This document shows, in pieces, positions 39,144-48,001 of a stretch of 64,000 nt of DNA. Made by a program: the position numbers and the translations under genes. Origin of the DNA: a virus (taxonomy: Duplodnaviria > Caudoviricetes); IMG/VR virus record IMGVR_UViG_2933348407_000001, positions 1 through 64,000 of that record, one strand, 5' to 3'. Position 1 is the first letter of the stretch, and the number at the start of each line of letters is the position of its first letter. The notes beneath the pieces are model-generated. The model was not told the DNA's origin, ran no database searches, and saw only the letters and a program-made list of their open reading frames with translations.

Positions 39144-40088
39144 TTGAACTCGACCGATGAGTTTCGCGTCGTTTCGTGGAACGTCGAGCACAACGGCATC
39201 AGCAACAGCGGTGATGATGCCAAATGGCACCTGGCCATGGACGTCCTCGTCGAACTCCAGCCCCACGTACTCCTCCGCCAGGAGATCACCCGCGGGGACA
39301 TGTTCGGCGGGCGAGCGATATGGGCGGAGGCTGCTCGTCTCGGCGGCAACGGCCCGGCGCACACGGCGTTCCTCGCTACTGCCACCCCGGAGTCAGCCAA
39401 TCCGACCGGTGTCTACACCGACCCGTCTCTGTGTACGCCCGTCCAATACTTCGAGCACGTCACCAGCATGTGGCATCCGATCTGCAACCCGGTCGTACGG
39501 CTCAAGGGCGCGCCGTCGACGCTGAGCCTGGCCTCATTCCACCTGTGTTCCTTCGACCCAGCCCAACGGGCGAGCGAAGCGAAGCGGCTTGCCATGTTGG
39601 GGCAACCGGGCATGGCGGCGATTATCGGCGGCGACTGCAACTCCTATCCACACCGATCCGACGACGAGACGGCCGCGTTACCCGAATGGGACAAGATCAC
39701 TGACCGGTCTCACTTTGAGGCCCGCACGATCGAGCGGGGCGGCGAACGCGTCTCCGACACCCGGCCGGACGAGATCCTCGCTGGCGAGCACGATGGACGA
39801 CCGCCGGTCTTCAAAGAACTGGGGCACCACGCCGCGACGGTGCTCGGCCAGCCGGATGCGCTCGACCCCACGGCATCGCTGTGGCGCATGGACCAAGGCC
39901 CTATGCGGCGGATCGACCGCATCTATGCGACCCCGCAGGTAGCCGAGGCCCTGACCAGGCTGGAGGTCATCGTCACCGACGACGTTCGCGAGGTATCCGA
40001 CCACGCTCCTCTTGTCGCCACCTTCAGCCTCGCCAAGCTGCGCCGCGCCCTGTCTGGGGCCCCTGGTGAGAAGGAGGTCGCAGCATGA
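39144..40088 (+). CDS. Endonuclease/exonuclease/phosphatase (EEP) family protein
   Basis: SWNV, LRQE, GGDCN, RIDRIY, SDHAP; GGGAGG RBS. Confidence 0.88.
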   Translation: MNSTDEFRVVSWNVEHNGISNSGDDAKWHLAMDVLVELQPHVLLRQEITRGDMFGGRAIWAEAARLGGNGPAHTAFLATATPESANPTGVYTDPSLCTPVQYFEHVTSMWHPICNPVVRLKGAPSTLSLASFHLCSFDPAQRASEAKRLAMLGQPGMAAIIGGDCNSYPHRSDDETAALPEWDKITDRSHFEARTIERGGERVSDTRPDEILAGEHDGRPPVFKELGHHAATVLGQPDALDPTASLWRMDQGPMRRIDRIYATPQVAEALTRLEVIVTDDVREVSDHAPLVATFSLAKLRRALSGAPGEKEVAA

Positions 40089-41008
40089 GCACCCGAATCA
40101 CCGTGCTGTCCTGGAACTTTGAGAACAACGGTGGTGGTGACTCCGCCAAGCGCCTTCAGGCGCACGAGAGGCTGGTGTCCCTCAGCCCACACCTGGTGCT
40201 TCGTCAGGAGATGTGGCGCGCGGACACCGACGGCAACGCGATCTTGTACGAGCTGGAGGGCGTTCTCGGTATGCGCGGCTGGCTCGGCCCAGAATCGTGC
40301 ACCGCGATCTTCGCCGATCCGCGCTTCTTCCACCCGGTGCGTGAGTGGCCCAAGCCCGGCCCCATGTGGGTGCTGCCGCCCACAGCGCTGACCATGCGCT
40401 ACCTGCCCGCTGGCACCGAAGCCACACCGCTCGCCCTGGCCTCGTACCACCTCAACTACGCATCGAGCACCAACCGTGCTGCCGAGGCGGAATGGCTGTC
40501 GACGTGGGCCGACAAGAAGTGGACCAACCCACAGGGTGAGACCGTACGGATGCCGTGTCTTGTCGCCGGCGACAACAACAGCTATCCAGTCCCCGGCATC
40601 GAGGGCGACCCGGCGCTGCCGGTGCTGAACGAGATCAAAGACCGGCCGCACCGCCTACACCGCTCGTTCATGGGCCCGGACGGTACCCGGGTAATGGATA
40701 CCCGCCCGGATGAGGCGCTGCGCACCGCCGGCCTGGAGGACGTGGCCCGCCACTGGTCTGCCAAGCACGGAGACAAGGCCGCAGTCTCCCGAACGGTCAA
40801 CGCCTGTGAGACGCACGGGCCGGACTCCCGCATCGACCGCCTTTACGCCACCCCCGACTTGTTGGACGCGGTGACTGGTGTGGATGTGATCGAGGTCCCC
40901 GAGGAGGTTTCGGACCACCACATCGTTCGGGTCACGCTCGACGGCGACCGCCTTTCGGACATCCTCAACCAGCAGCCGAACACGCTCGAGTCGCTGGTCG
41001 CCCCCTGA
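40085..41008 (+). CDS. EEP family protein (tandem paralogue)
   Basis: SWNF, LRQE, AGDNN, RIDRLY, SDHH. Confidence 0.88.
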   Translation: MSTRITVLSWNFENNGGGDSAKRLQAHERLVSLSPHLVLRQEMWRADTDGNAILYELEGVLGMRGWLGPESCTAIFADPRFFHPVREWPKPGPMWVLPPTALTMRYLPAGTEATPLALASYHLNYASSTNRAAEAEWLSTWADKKWTNPQGETVRMPCLVAGDNNSYPVPGIEGDPALPVLNEIKDRPHRLHRSFMGPDGTRVMDTRPDEALRTAGLEDVARHWSAKHGDKAAVSRTVNACETHGPDSRIDRLYATPDLLDAVTGVDVIEVPEEVSDHHIVRVTLDGDRLSDILNQQPNTLESLVAP

Positions 41009-41057
41009 GACTGCCGCTCGGTGGGACGGATGCCCGCCCTGGCCACCCGGCGGGTAA

Positions 41058-41138
41058 CAAGCTCCGCCCGTGCGACAAGCGGCATTCGGTACGGGCGGAG
41101 ACGCGGCGCTGGGGCTATACCCCATGGGCCCCAGCGCC
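41058..41138 (+). repeat. Structured intergenic element, copy 2
   Basis: Same two hairpins and loop motif as 39003-39084. Confidence 0.7.
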
Positions 41139-41292
41139 GGACCAATTCGCCGCAATCCGACAGTTGATCGCTGCTCCCGAGGCCCCACGGCCCCACGAGA
41201 CCCACCCGCTGTCGGACCGCCTTCGGCGCCCGGGCGGCAGTACCAGCACCAGAGCGACACCCCGAGGACCCCAAGAGAGAAGGAAGCTCCGC

Positions 41293-42195
41293 GTGTTCAT
41301 CGACATCCCGAGCGAACTCGAAGCCGACCTGATCGACCTTCCTCTCCCGAAATGGGAACTGGACGGTTCGTTCCTGGCGCAGTCCACCATGGAGCGGTAC
41401 CGGACCGACCTGACGGCCACCCCGCGGTTCGAGGAGACCGCCACGACGCTGCGCCACGCGCTGAGCGGGGAGGGCGGCGGATACGCCGTGCTGCGCCTGG
41501 GGAACCTCGCCAAGGCGCTGGGGACCGACGACAACAGGTTCCTGCGGCTGGCGACGGCGTTCGCCGCCGAGGTGGCCATCCCCTTCTCGCCCTTCCCGCG
41601 GTGGCCCCTGTGGAAGGACATCGGGGTCAAGGTCGACAAGGACCCCGGCAAGTCCAGCGGTATCGGTTACAACGCGTTCCACATGGACCTGGTGAACGGG
41701 ACCCTGCCCCCGGACTACACCACGCTCCTGTGCGTTCGCCCCGACCCGCTCGGCGGTGGCCTCAGCATCCTCTCCGACGCCCACGCAGCGGCGGCGCGGC
41801 TGTCGGAGGCCAGCCGTGCCCTGCTGGCCGAGTCCGCCTACCACTACGGGACTTTCTTCGACCTGTTCGGCGTGGGCGAGGAGTACAAGCCCTTCCCGAT
41901 CCTGGACGGCTCCGAGCCAGGCGAGGGGTTCGTCCGGTTCACCGCCAAGATGCTGGAGCGGTCCCAGCTCGGCCAAGCCCACGCCGACGCCGCCCGGGAA
42001 CTCGCTGAGGAGCTTGTCCGGGGCCAGGTCTCCTTCATGCTCCAGCCCGGGGACTACCTCATCGTGAACCAGCGCCGCTTCCTGCACGGCCGGGAGGCGC
42101 TCCACAGCGGTCAGGAGACCGTCCCGGTCGCCGACCGGCGGCTGCTCCTCCAGTTGTTCCTGCGCGCGGGGGCCGGCGACGGCTCGGCCGCATAG
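41293..42195 (+). CDS. Fe(II)/2-oxoglutarate dioxygenase, TauD/clavaminate synthase-like
   Basis: FHMD, PDYTTLLCVR..GG.S, LQPGD.LIVNQ..LHGR, RLL. Confidence 0.85.
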   Translation: MFIDIPSELEADLIDLPLPKWELDGSFLAQSTMERYRTDLTATPRFEETATTLRHALSGEGGGYAVLRLGNLAKALGTDDNRFLRLATAFAAEVAIPFSPFPRWPLWKDIGVKVDKDPGKSSGIGYNAFHMDLVNGTLPPDYTTLLCVRPDPLGGGLSILSDAHAAAARLSEASRALLAESAYHYGTFFDLFGVGEEYKPFPILDGSEPGEGFVRFTAKMLERSQLGQAHADAARELAEELVRGQVSFMLQPGDYLIVNQRRFLHGREALHSGQETVPVADRRLLLQLFLRAGAGDGSAA

Positions 42196-42334
42196 CCGGC
42201 CGACGGCACCGGTGACCCACCGAGTCTCGCCGCCGGGTCCAGCCCCCGAGCACGCGGCACGGCCACGGGGCGGGGCCCGGTCGGGCACCCCCGGAAACCG
42301 TCGCGCACCGGGCTCCCCAGGCCCGTGCACGGAT

Positions 42335-43108
42335 TTAGATGCGCGAGTTGCTCAGCGACTGCCATACAGCGCCGGCCAGCGCCCGCGTCGCCCGCGGGAC
42401 CGACAGGCGCTCGTGCCGGCGGTACAGGGCCCAGTTGTATTGCACGAGCGACAGCTTGTTGGAGGACAGCGATCCCGCCTGGTGGGCCCTGTACACCGCA
42501 AGGGGCTCAGCCAGGCCCCGGGCGTCGGCACCGTCCCGCATGATCGACAGCCACAGGGCGTAGTCCTGGCGCTTGCGCATCTCCGGCATCAGCCTCGTGC
42601 CCAGGACATTGCGGTCGTACATGGCGGTGAGAGCACCGATGTGGTCTCGGACCAGCATCGCGCGGTAGTCCACGTGCTCCCGCGCACGGACCACCCGCCC
42701 GTTCGGGACCCAGTCGGTGCTCTCGCCGTCGTAGTCGGCATCCATCTTGAAGTACGAGGTGAACGTCAGCGGCGCATCACCTTCCGCGGCGAAGGCGAGC
42801 TGCTTCTCGGTCTTCTCCGGAAGCCACATGTCGTCGGAGTCGAGAAAGGCGATGTAGTCCCCGCGGGCCCGCGCAATCGCCAGGTTGCGGGCCCGGCCCG
42901 CACCGCCCCGTTCGGGTGCCGACTCCGGCAGAACGCGCTCGTCCTGCTCGGCGAACTCGCGGAGCAGGTCCATGGAGCCATCGGAGGACTGGTCGTCGGT
43001 GACCAGCAGCTCCAGGTCGCTGTGGGTCTGCGTGAGCACCGATCGGACGGCTGCGCCGAGGGTGGCTGCCGAGTTGTACACGGGCATCACGACGGACACC
43101 AAGGGCAC
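42335..43108 (-). CDS. Family 2 glycosyltransferase (TuaG-like)
   Basis: VSVVMPVYN, DDQSSD, ARNLA, FLDSDD.W, QDYALW. Confidence 0.9.
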   Translation of the reverse strand: MPLVSVVMPVYNSAATLGAAVRSVLTQTHSDLELLVTDDQSSDGSMDLLREFAEQDERVLPESAPERGGAGRARNLAIARARGDYIAFLDSDDMWLPEKTEKQLAFAAEGDAPLTFTSYFKMDADYDGESTDWVPNGRVVRAREHVDYRAMLVRDHIGALTAMYDRNVLGTRLMPEMRKRQDYALWLSIMRDGADARGLAEPLAVYRAHQAGSLSSNKLSLVQYNWALYRRHERLSVPRATRALAGAVWQSLSNSRI

Positions 43109-43174
43109 AGCGCTTCTCCTTACCAGATCAGGAACGACGGTCCATTCAAGCACCGCATCCGAGTAGGAGCTGCC

Positions 43175-44425
43175 ATGCAGGTTGTTGTCGCTGGTCAGGG
43201 CTACGTAGGGCTTCCCCTGGCCGTACGCGCGGCCGAGGTGGGACACCGTGTCGTCGGCTACGACGTGGATACGGACCGTGTCCAGCAGCTCGCCGCTGGC
43301 CAGTCCTACGTGCGGGATGTGGACCCCTCGCGGCTGCGCGCAGTGCTGGACTCCGGGGCCTACTCCGCGACCGCCGACGGTGCCGCGCTGGCCGGCTTCG
43401 ACATCGCGGTGATCACCGTGCCGACCCCGCTGCGGGACGGCGTGCCCGACCTGACCTACATCGAGTCCTGCGCCCGGACACTGGGTGAGCTCCTGTGCCC
43501 TGGCGCGACGGTGGTCCTGGAGTCCACGAGCTATCCCGGCACCACCGAGGAGCTGCTGCTGCCGATCTTGGAAGAGACCTCGGGCCTCAAGGGCGGGGCG
43601 GACTTCCTGGCCGGCTTCAGCCCCGAGCGGATCGGAAACAAGCGGTGGTCATTCGACGGGACGCCGAAGCTGGTGTCCGGAATCGACGCCAAATCGCTCG
43701 ACGTGATCAAGGGCTTCTACGACGGCATCTTCGACACCACGGTGCCGGTGTCAGGGCCGAAGGTCGCCGAGCTGGCCAAGCTGCTGGAGAACACCTTCCG
43801 GTTCGTCAACATCTCCATGATCAACGAGATGGCGATGCTGGCCGATGCCCTCGGCGTGAACATCTGGGAGGCGATCGACGCCGCCGCGACCAAGCCATTC
43901 GGATTCACGAAGTTCACCCCGGGGCCGGGGGTCGGCGGGCACTGTCTGCCCGTCGACCCGATGTTCCTGTCGTGGAAGGCGCAGCAGGAGCTTGGCATCC
44001 CGTTCCGGTTCGCGGAACTCGCCGCCGACGTGAACCGGCACATGCCCGACTACGTCGTCCGGCGCCTCGTGGAAGCACTCAACAAGCGGGGCATGCCGGT
44101 CAGCGGATCTCGGATTCTGCTGCTCGGCCTGACCTACAAGTTCAACGCCACCGACCTTCGCAATTCCCCGTCGGCACGTGTCGCCGAACTTCTCATCGGC
44201 CTCGGCGCCGATGTCTGCGGCGCCGAACCCAACATCCCGGACGGCGACGACACCGGGCTGAACGTGGCCCGGGTCCATGCCACCCCGGAAGAGGTGGCCG
44301 CCGCTGATGCGGTGGTTCTTCTCATGGATCATCCGCGATTCGACCTCGCGATGATCGAGGAGCACGCGCCGTACGTGCTCGACTGCCGAAACCGTCTGTC
44401 CGGAGCGAACGTCGAGACCCTGTAG
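43175..44425 (+). CDS. Nucleotide-sugar (UDP-HexNAc) 6-dehydrogenase
   Basis: GQGYVG, VPTP, ESTSYPGTT, SPER, KLLENTFR, GVGGHC, DLRNSP. Confidence 0.92.
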   Translation: MQVVVAGQGYVGLPLAVRAAEVGHRVVGYDVDTDRVQQLAAGQSYVRDVDPSRLRAVLDSGAYSATADGAALAGFDIAVITVPTPLRDGVPDLTYIESCARTLGELLCPGATVVLESTSYPGTTEELLLPILEETSGLKGGADFLAGFSPERIGNKRWSFDGTPKLVSGIDAKSLDVIKGFYDGIFDTTVPVSGPKVAELAKLLENTFRFVNISMINEMAMLADALGVNIWEAIDAAATKPFGFTKFTPGPGVGGHCLPVDPMFLSWKAQQELGIPFRFAELAADVNRHMPDYVVRRLVEALNKRGMPVSGSRILLLGLTYKFNATDLRNSPSARVAELLIGLGADVCGAEPNIPDGDDTGLNVARVHATPEEVAAADAVVLLMDHPRFDLAMIEEHAPYVLDCRNRLSGANVETL

Positions 44426-44473
44426 CTCCCGAACTCCCCTGGCCTGCTGCTGACTTCAACCCCCGGAGTTCCC

Positions 44474-45859
44474 TTGCGTGAAGAATGGGAGCACGTGCAC
44501 ACGGACTACGCCCGGCCCGCGCAGCGCCCCGCTCCTGCCTCGTTGGCCGAGAGCGAGGGCGACTGGCGCCGCTACCTGGAAGGTGACACCCCGAACGGTT
44601 GGCTGATCCAGCACAGCGCGATGGCGGAAGCACTCGCCAGCGGCCGACCCATGTACCTGCTGCACACCACCAAGGACATCGCCGCGATCCGCACCAGCGG
44701 TGAGCTGCACGTCTCCACCGGGTGCCTGGTCGGGGCCCTGTATTGCTCCCCTCTGGTACGTCAGCGTGAAGGAATGCGTCCGCACAATCTCGGCGCCTAC
44801 CTGATGCAGACGAAGCCCGACACCACGCCCATGATCTTCGAGGTCATCCCGGACGCTCCGGTCCCAACCAAGGGTGTGGATTATCTGCATCTCGGTGCCA
44901 TCCACCTGCGTACCTACCTGCGCTACCGGAGCTTTCTCACCCGGGCCGAGAACGACCGGCTCGACCATGCCGTGCTGGCCGGACTGGGCGCCGCGGCCGG
45001 ATTTCTCGACATGGCCCTGCGCAACGCAGTCGGCCGCGCCACGGCGGCCCCCGAGTTCATCGACCAGTTGGCCGCTGCTGTGCCCGCCGTACCGTTTCTC
45101 GGCTACCTGTACTTCGAGGTCTTGTCCGAGTACCTGATGCTCCACTCCAGGACTCCGGAGACCAAGGGCTACGCCCAGGTCGGAGAGCTGAACAACTGGC
45201 TGTACAAGCGACTCGCGTTCGCCGCCGTGGATGGCATGCACCAGTTGTTCGACCTGGCTCGCTTCCATCCGCGCCACCAGCAGCTCGTCCAGCTCATCGC
45301 CGGCGTGGAACAGGCACTCGCTCCGGGAGCCGCCGACTACGTACGGCGGCGGCTGTCCCACCTGTTCGCCCGGATCGCGCTGCACCCGTCCCAGGACGCG
45401 GCCACGGTGACCTTCCGGGGCATTGATCTCAGCGCGCTCCGGTACGTCGCGCCGGGACTGATCGGGCAGATGATCTTTCGCGAGATCCGGTACATGCCGC
45501 GCTATCGGCAGCTCTACCACTGCTTCGAGAAGGCCAAGGCGCTGGAGGCTTGGGACTACTGGAACCACGAGGGCATCCCCACGCCGTTCAACGGCATCCT
45601 CCCCAAGGGCGAGATCGGGATACACCCCGTCTACCCTCGGTCGGCCGTCAGGGGGTGGACGGCAAAGCAGGACAGCAGAGGCTTCCTGCATCCAGCCGAG
45701 GAGATCACCGCGGTCCTCACGCCGCACCTGGCGTCGTGGTGGGCGCCCCCTCGCAGCCACGGACGGATGATCACCACTGATCCGCAGGTCACAGTGGACT
45801 GTAGTGCCCCGTCCTCGGTTCCCGCCCACCGATCATCCATTGAGGGGATCTCCGCGTGA
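44474..45859 (+). CDS. Hypothetical protein, possible ADP-ribosyltransferase-like fold
   Basis: 461-aa ORF; YLLHTT..IRTSGELHVSTGCLVGALYCSP; fold call speculative. Confidence 0.6.
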   Translation: MREEWEHVHTDYARPAQRPAPASLAESEGDWRRYLEGDTPNGWLIQHSAMAEALASGRPMYLLHTTKDIAAIRTSGELHVSTGCLVGALYCSPLVRQREGMRPHNLGAYLMQTKPDTTPMIFEVIPDAPVPTKGVDYLHLGAIHLRTYLRYRSFLTRAENDRLDHAVLAGLGAAAGFLDMALRNAVGRATAAPEFIDQLAAAVPAVPFLGYLYFEVLSEYLMLHSRTPETKGYAQVGELNNWLYKRLAFAAVDGMHQLFDLARFHPRHQQLVQLIAGVEQALAPGAADYVRRRLSHLFARIALHPSQDAATVTFRGIDLSALRYVAPGLIGQMIFREIRYMPRYRQLYHCFEKAKALEAWDYWNHEGIPTPFNGILPKGEIGIHPVYPRSAVRGWTAKQDSRGFLHPAEEITAVLTPHLASWWAPPRSHGRMITTDPQVTVDCSAPSSVPAHRSSIEGISA

Positions 45860-47037
45860 CCACGAAACCCTTGACGATCCTCACCGGCATCAACCGCACG
45901 TCCGAGCCTTCGTCCGGCAGCATGATCCTCGTCAGCGACCTCTACCGCGCTATGCCCGACACGCATACGACCTTCCTCGGCCGGACACCGGTCCATCAGG
46001 GTTGGAAGACCGCGTTCGATCAGCTGATCCCCCTCTCCACGACGAAACGACCCCAGGGCCCCGGCTTCGACACCTACGTGGACGAGCTGACTCAAGAGGT
46101 AGGGACGCTCATCGGGCAGATCCAACCGACCGCCATCCACGCCCAGAACGTCGGGTTCGCCCTCAGCCTCGCGTTCAGTCGCACCGCCGGCACCATCCCG
46201 ATCATCTCCATCGCTCACGGCCCCGAAGTGATGGCGGCCGAGCGCAACACGGCGGAACACGAGGCCGTGCTCGAAGTCGTCGGCGCCAGCGCCGCGATCG
46301 TCACCCCGACCTCCGTCCTCGCCGACCGCATCGACCACCTCACCGGGCGCCGGTTCACCGACCGCATCGCCATCATCCCGTGGGGCATCCGTCTGGCCGA
46401 TGCCCATGTACGCGATCAGCCTTCCGCAGGGACCGGACCCCTGTCTCTGGTACAAGCCGGTCGCCTGGACGACAACAAATCCACAATCACCGCCATCGAA
46501 TCCCTCGCATTCACCGATCAGCCGCACCAATTGACCGTGATCGGCAACGGACCCCTACGGGAGCATCTGGAACAGCGGGCTATCGACCTCGGCCTGCGGG
46601 ATCGGGTCCACTTTCATCCGTTCCTGCCCCGCGCCGAACTGTGGCGCCGCCTGCCGAACTTCGACGCCTGGGTCTTCACAACCACGGGTCTGGAGGCTTT
46701 CGGGCTCGTCCTCATTGAGGCTCAAGCCCACGGACTCCCGGTTGTCTACTCCGATCTTCCCGGAGTGAGGGAAATCCTCGGAGGCACTGGCATCGCCTAC
46801 ACTCCGGGCGACCCGCGCTCGCTGGCTGTGGCCCTAGACGAGATGGGCCGGGACTCCCACCAGCGCCGGGCCCTGAACAAGGCGGCTCTCGATAACGCGC
46901 GCCGATACGACATCACTACCACCGGCCGCCAACTTCGCGAACTGACGCTCCGCATTACCTCCCTACGGGGCACATCGGTGGGGCCCGTGCACCAAGGGCC
47001 CCACCGATGTTGGGGTGTAACAGAACGCGGTCGTTGA
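45856..47037 (+). CDS. Family 4 (GT-B) glycosyltransferase
   Basis: AGRLDDNK, IGNGP, EAFGLVLIEAQAHGLPVV; last ~25 codons run through a terminator-like hairpin. Confidence 0.88.
   Translation: MTTKPLTILTGINRTSEPSSGSMILVSDLYRAMPDTHTTFLGRTPVHQGWKTAFDQLIPLSTTKRPQGPGFDTYVDELTQEVGTLIGQIQPTAIHAQNVGFALSLAFSRTAGTIPIISIAHGPEVMAAERNTAEHEAVLEVVGASAAIVTPTSVLADRIDHLTGRRFTDRIAIIPWGIRLADAHVRDQPSAGTGPLSLVQAGRLDDNKSTITAIESLAFTDQPHQLTVIGNGPLREHLEQRAIDLGLRDRVHFHPFLPRAELWRRLPNFDAWVFTTTGLEAFGLVLIEAQAHGLPVVYSDLPGVREILGGTGIAYTPGDPRSLAVALDEMGRDSHQRRALNKAALDNARRYDITTTGRQLRELTLRITSLRGTSVGPVHQGPHRCWGVTERGR
46972..47010. terminator. 15-bp perfect inverted repeat
   Basis: ACATCGGTGGGGCCC-N9-GGGCCCCACCGATGT. Confidence 0.65.
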
Positions 47038-47043
47038 CGTTCC
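47016..47043 (+). promoter_or_regulatory. ECF-type promoter, copy 4
   Basis: TGTAAC-agaacgcggtcgttga(16)-CGTTCC. Confidence 0.55.
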
Positions 47044-47096
47044 TGCTGTGAAGGGGATTGCGCTTTACGTCAACCCCGCATTGATCCGGAGGAACG

Positions 47097-47606
47097 GTGA
47101 CGACCGCTATAGCTGCCCTTTCGTCCACGCCCGGCAGGTCGCACCTGCAGGAGTCTCTGTTCTCCTGGCTCGCCCCGGAGAGCACTCCGCCCCTGCCCGA
47201 GACCAAAGCCCTGGTGGAGTCCGACCCCGAAGGCCCGCCCGAGCCCCCCGCCGAGGAGGAGAAGGCCGACCTCTCCCACGTCTGGGTTGTGGCCGCGGAG
47301 ATCGAGGTCATCCCGAAGATTGCGAAGGTGGCCGACTACCGCGGCAGCTTCAAGGCGACCGAGGGCCAGCGCATCGACGCGCTCGAGGTCTACTGCAAGG
47401 GATGCCGGCGCCCGTACGACGAGGTCACCGGCCAGGACTGCTCAGCGAAGATCGACAACCGGCACTTGATCGGCGGAGACCAGAGCACCCGGGCTAAGCG
47501 GAAGATTCCCGTCCCGCCCCGGAACGCCCGGGTCGTGCCCGGCGGCCGTATCCAGCGCCGCGGTATCGAGGCTTACGTGGGAGGGGTGTCGCGGCCCCCG
47601 CGCTGA
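47097..47606 (+). CDS. Hypothetical protein with H/CxxC/C motif
   Basis: GGAGGA RBS; HVW..YCKGCRRPY..C..HL. Confidence 0.7.
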   Translation: MTTAIAALSSTPGRSHLQESLFSWLAPESTPPLPETKALVESDPEGPPEPPAEEEKADLSHVWVVAAEIEVIPKIAKVADYRGSFKATEGQRIDALEVYCKGCRRPYDEVTGQDCSAKIDNRHLIGGDQSTRAKRKIPVPPRNARVVPGGRIQRRGIEAYVGGVSRPPR

Positions 47607-47609
47607 CCA

Positions 47610-47640
47610 CGCGACACTAACTCCGCCCGCTGTCCACTGT
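47610..47640 (+). promoter_or_regulatory. Element-specific promoter motif, copy 4
   Basis: CGCGAC-actaactccgcccgctgtc(19)-CACTGT, 7 nt before GTG 47648. Confidence 0.7.
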
Positions 47641-47647
47641 GCGCGGC

Positions 47648-48001
47648 GTGACTACTCAGCGAACCTCCTGGGCGCTCGCGCGTGAAGCCGCCGGCCTGTT
47701 CCTCACCGCGTTCGGCCTGCTCGGCGTCCTCGTGGCGTTGGGCGCACTCCACTGGGCCGCCGGACTTTCCGCCGCGATGGCCGGTCTCCTCGCCACGGGC
47801 CTGTTCATGCGCCCGAAGCCGACCGCAGCGCGCTGGGCGCACCTTGCCCGTGCCGCCGTCTGCATCCTCGGCTACGGCGGTCTCACCGGCTGCGCGTTCG
47901 CCCTCTGCACCCCCCTGGGCTGGATCGGCGTCGCCCTGGCGGTCGTGCTCCTCGGCCTGTGGCTCACCACCCGTGAGCACGAGGACGAGGGGGCCGCCTG
48001 A
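47648..48001 (+). CDS. Small multi-pass membrane protein preceding portal
   Basis: Four hydrophobic segments; TGATG overlap with portal. Confidence 0.75.
   Translation: MTTQRTSWALAREAAGLFLTAFGLLGVLVALGALHWAAGLSAAMAGLLATGLFMRPKPTAARWAHLARAAVCILGYGGLTGCAFALCTPLGWIGVALAVVLLGLWLTTREHEDEGAA

Noticed and set aside
41293-42195. TET/JBP assignment for the dioxygenase
   Set aside because: Motif layout (PDY..LLCVR, N...LHGR) fits the TauD/clavaminate synthase family
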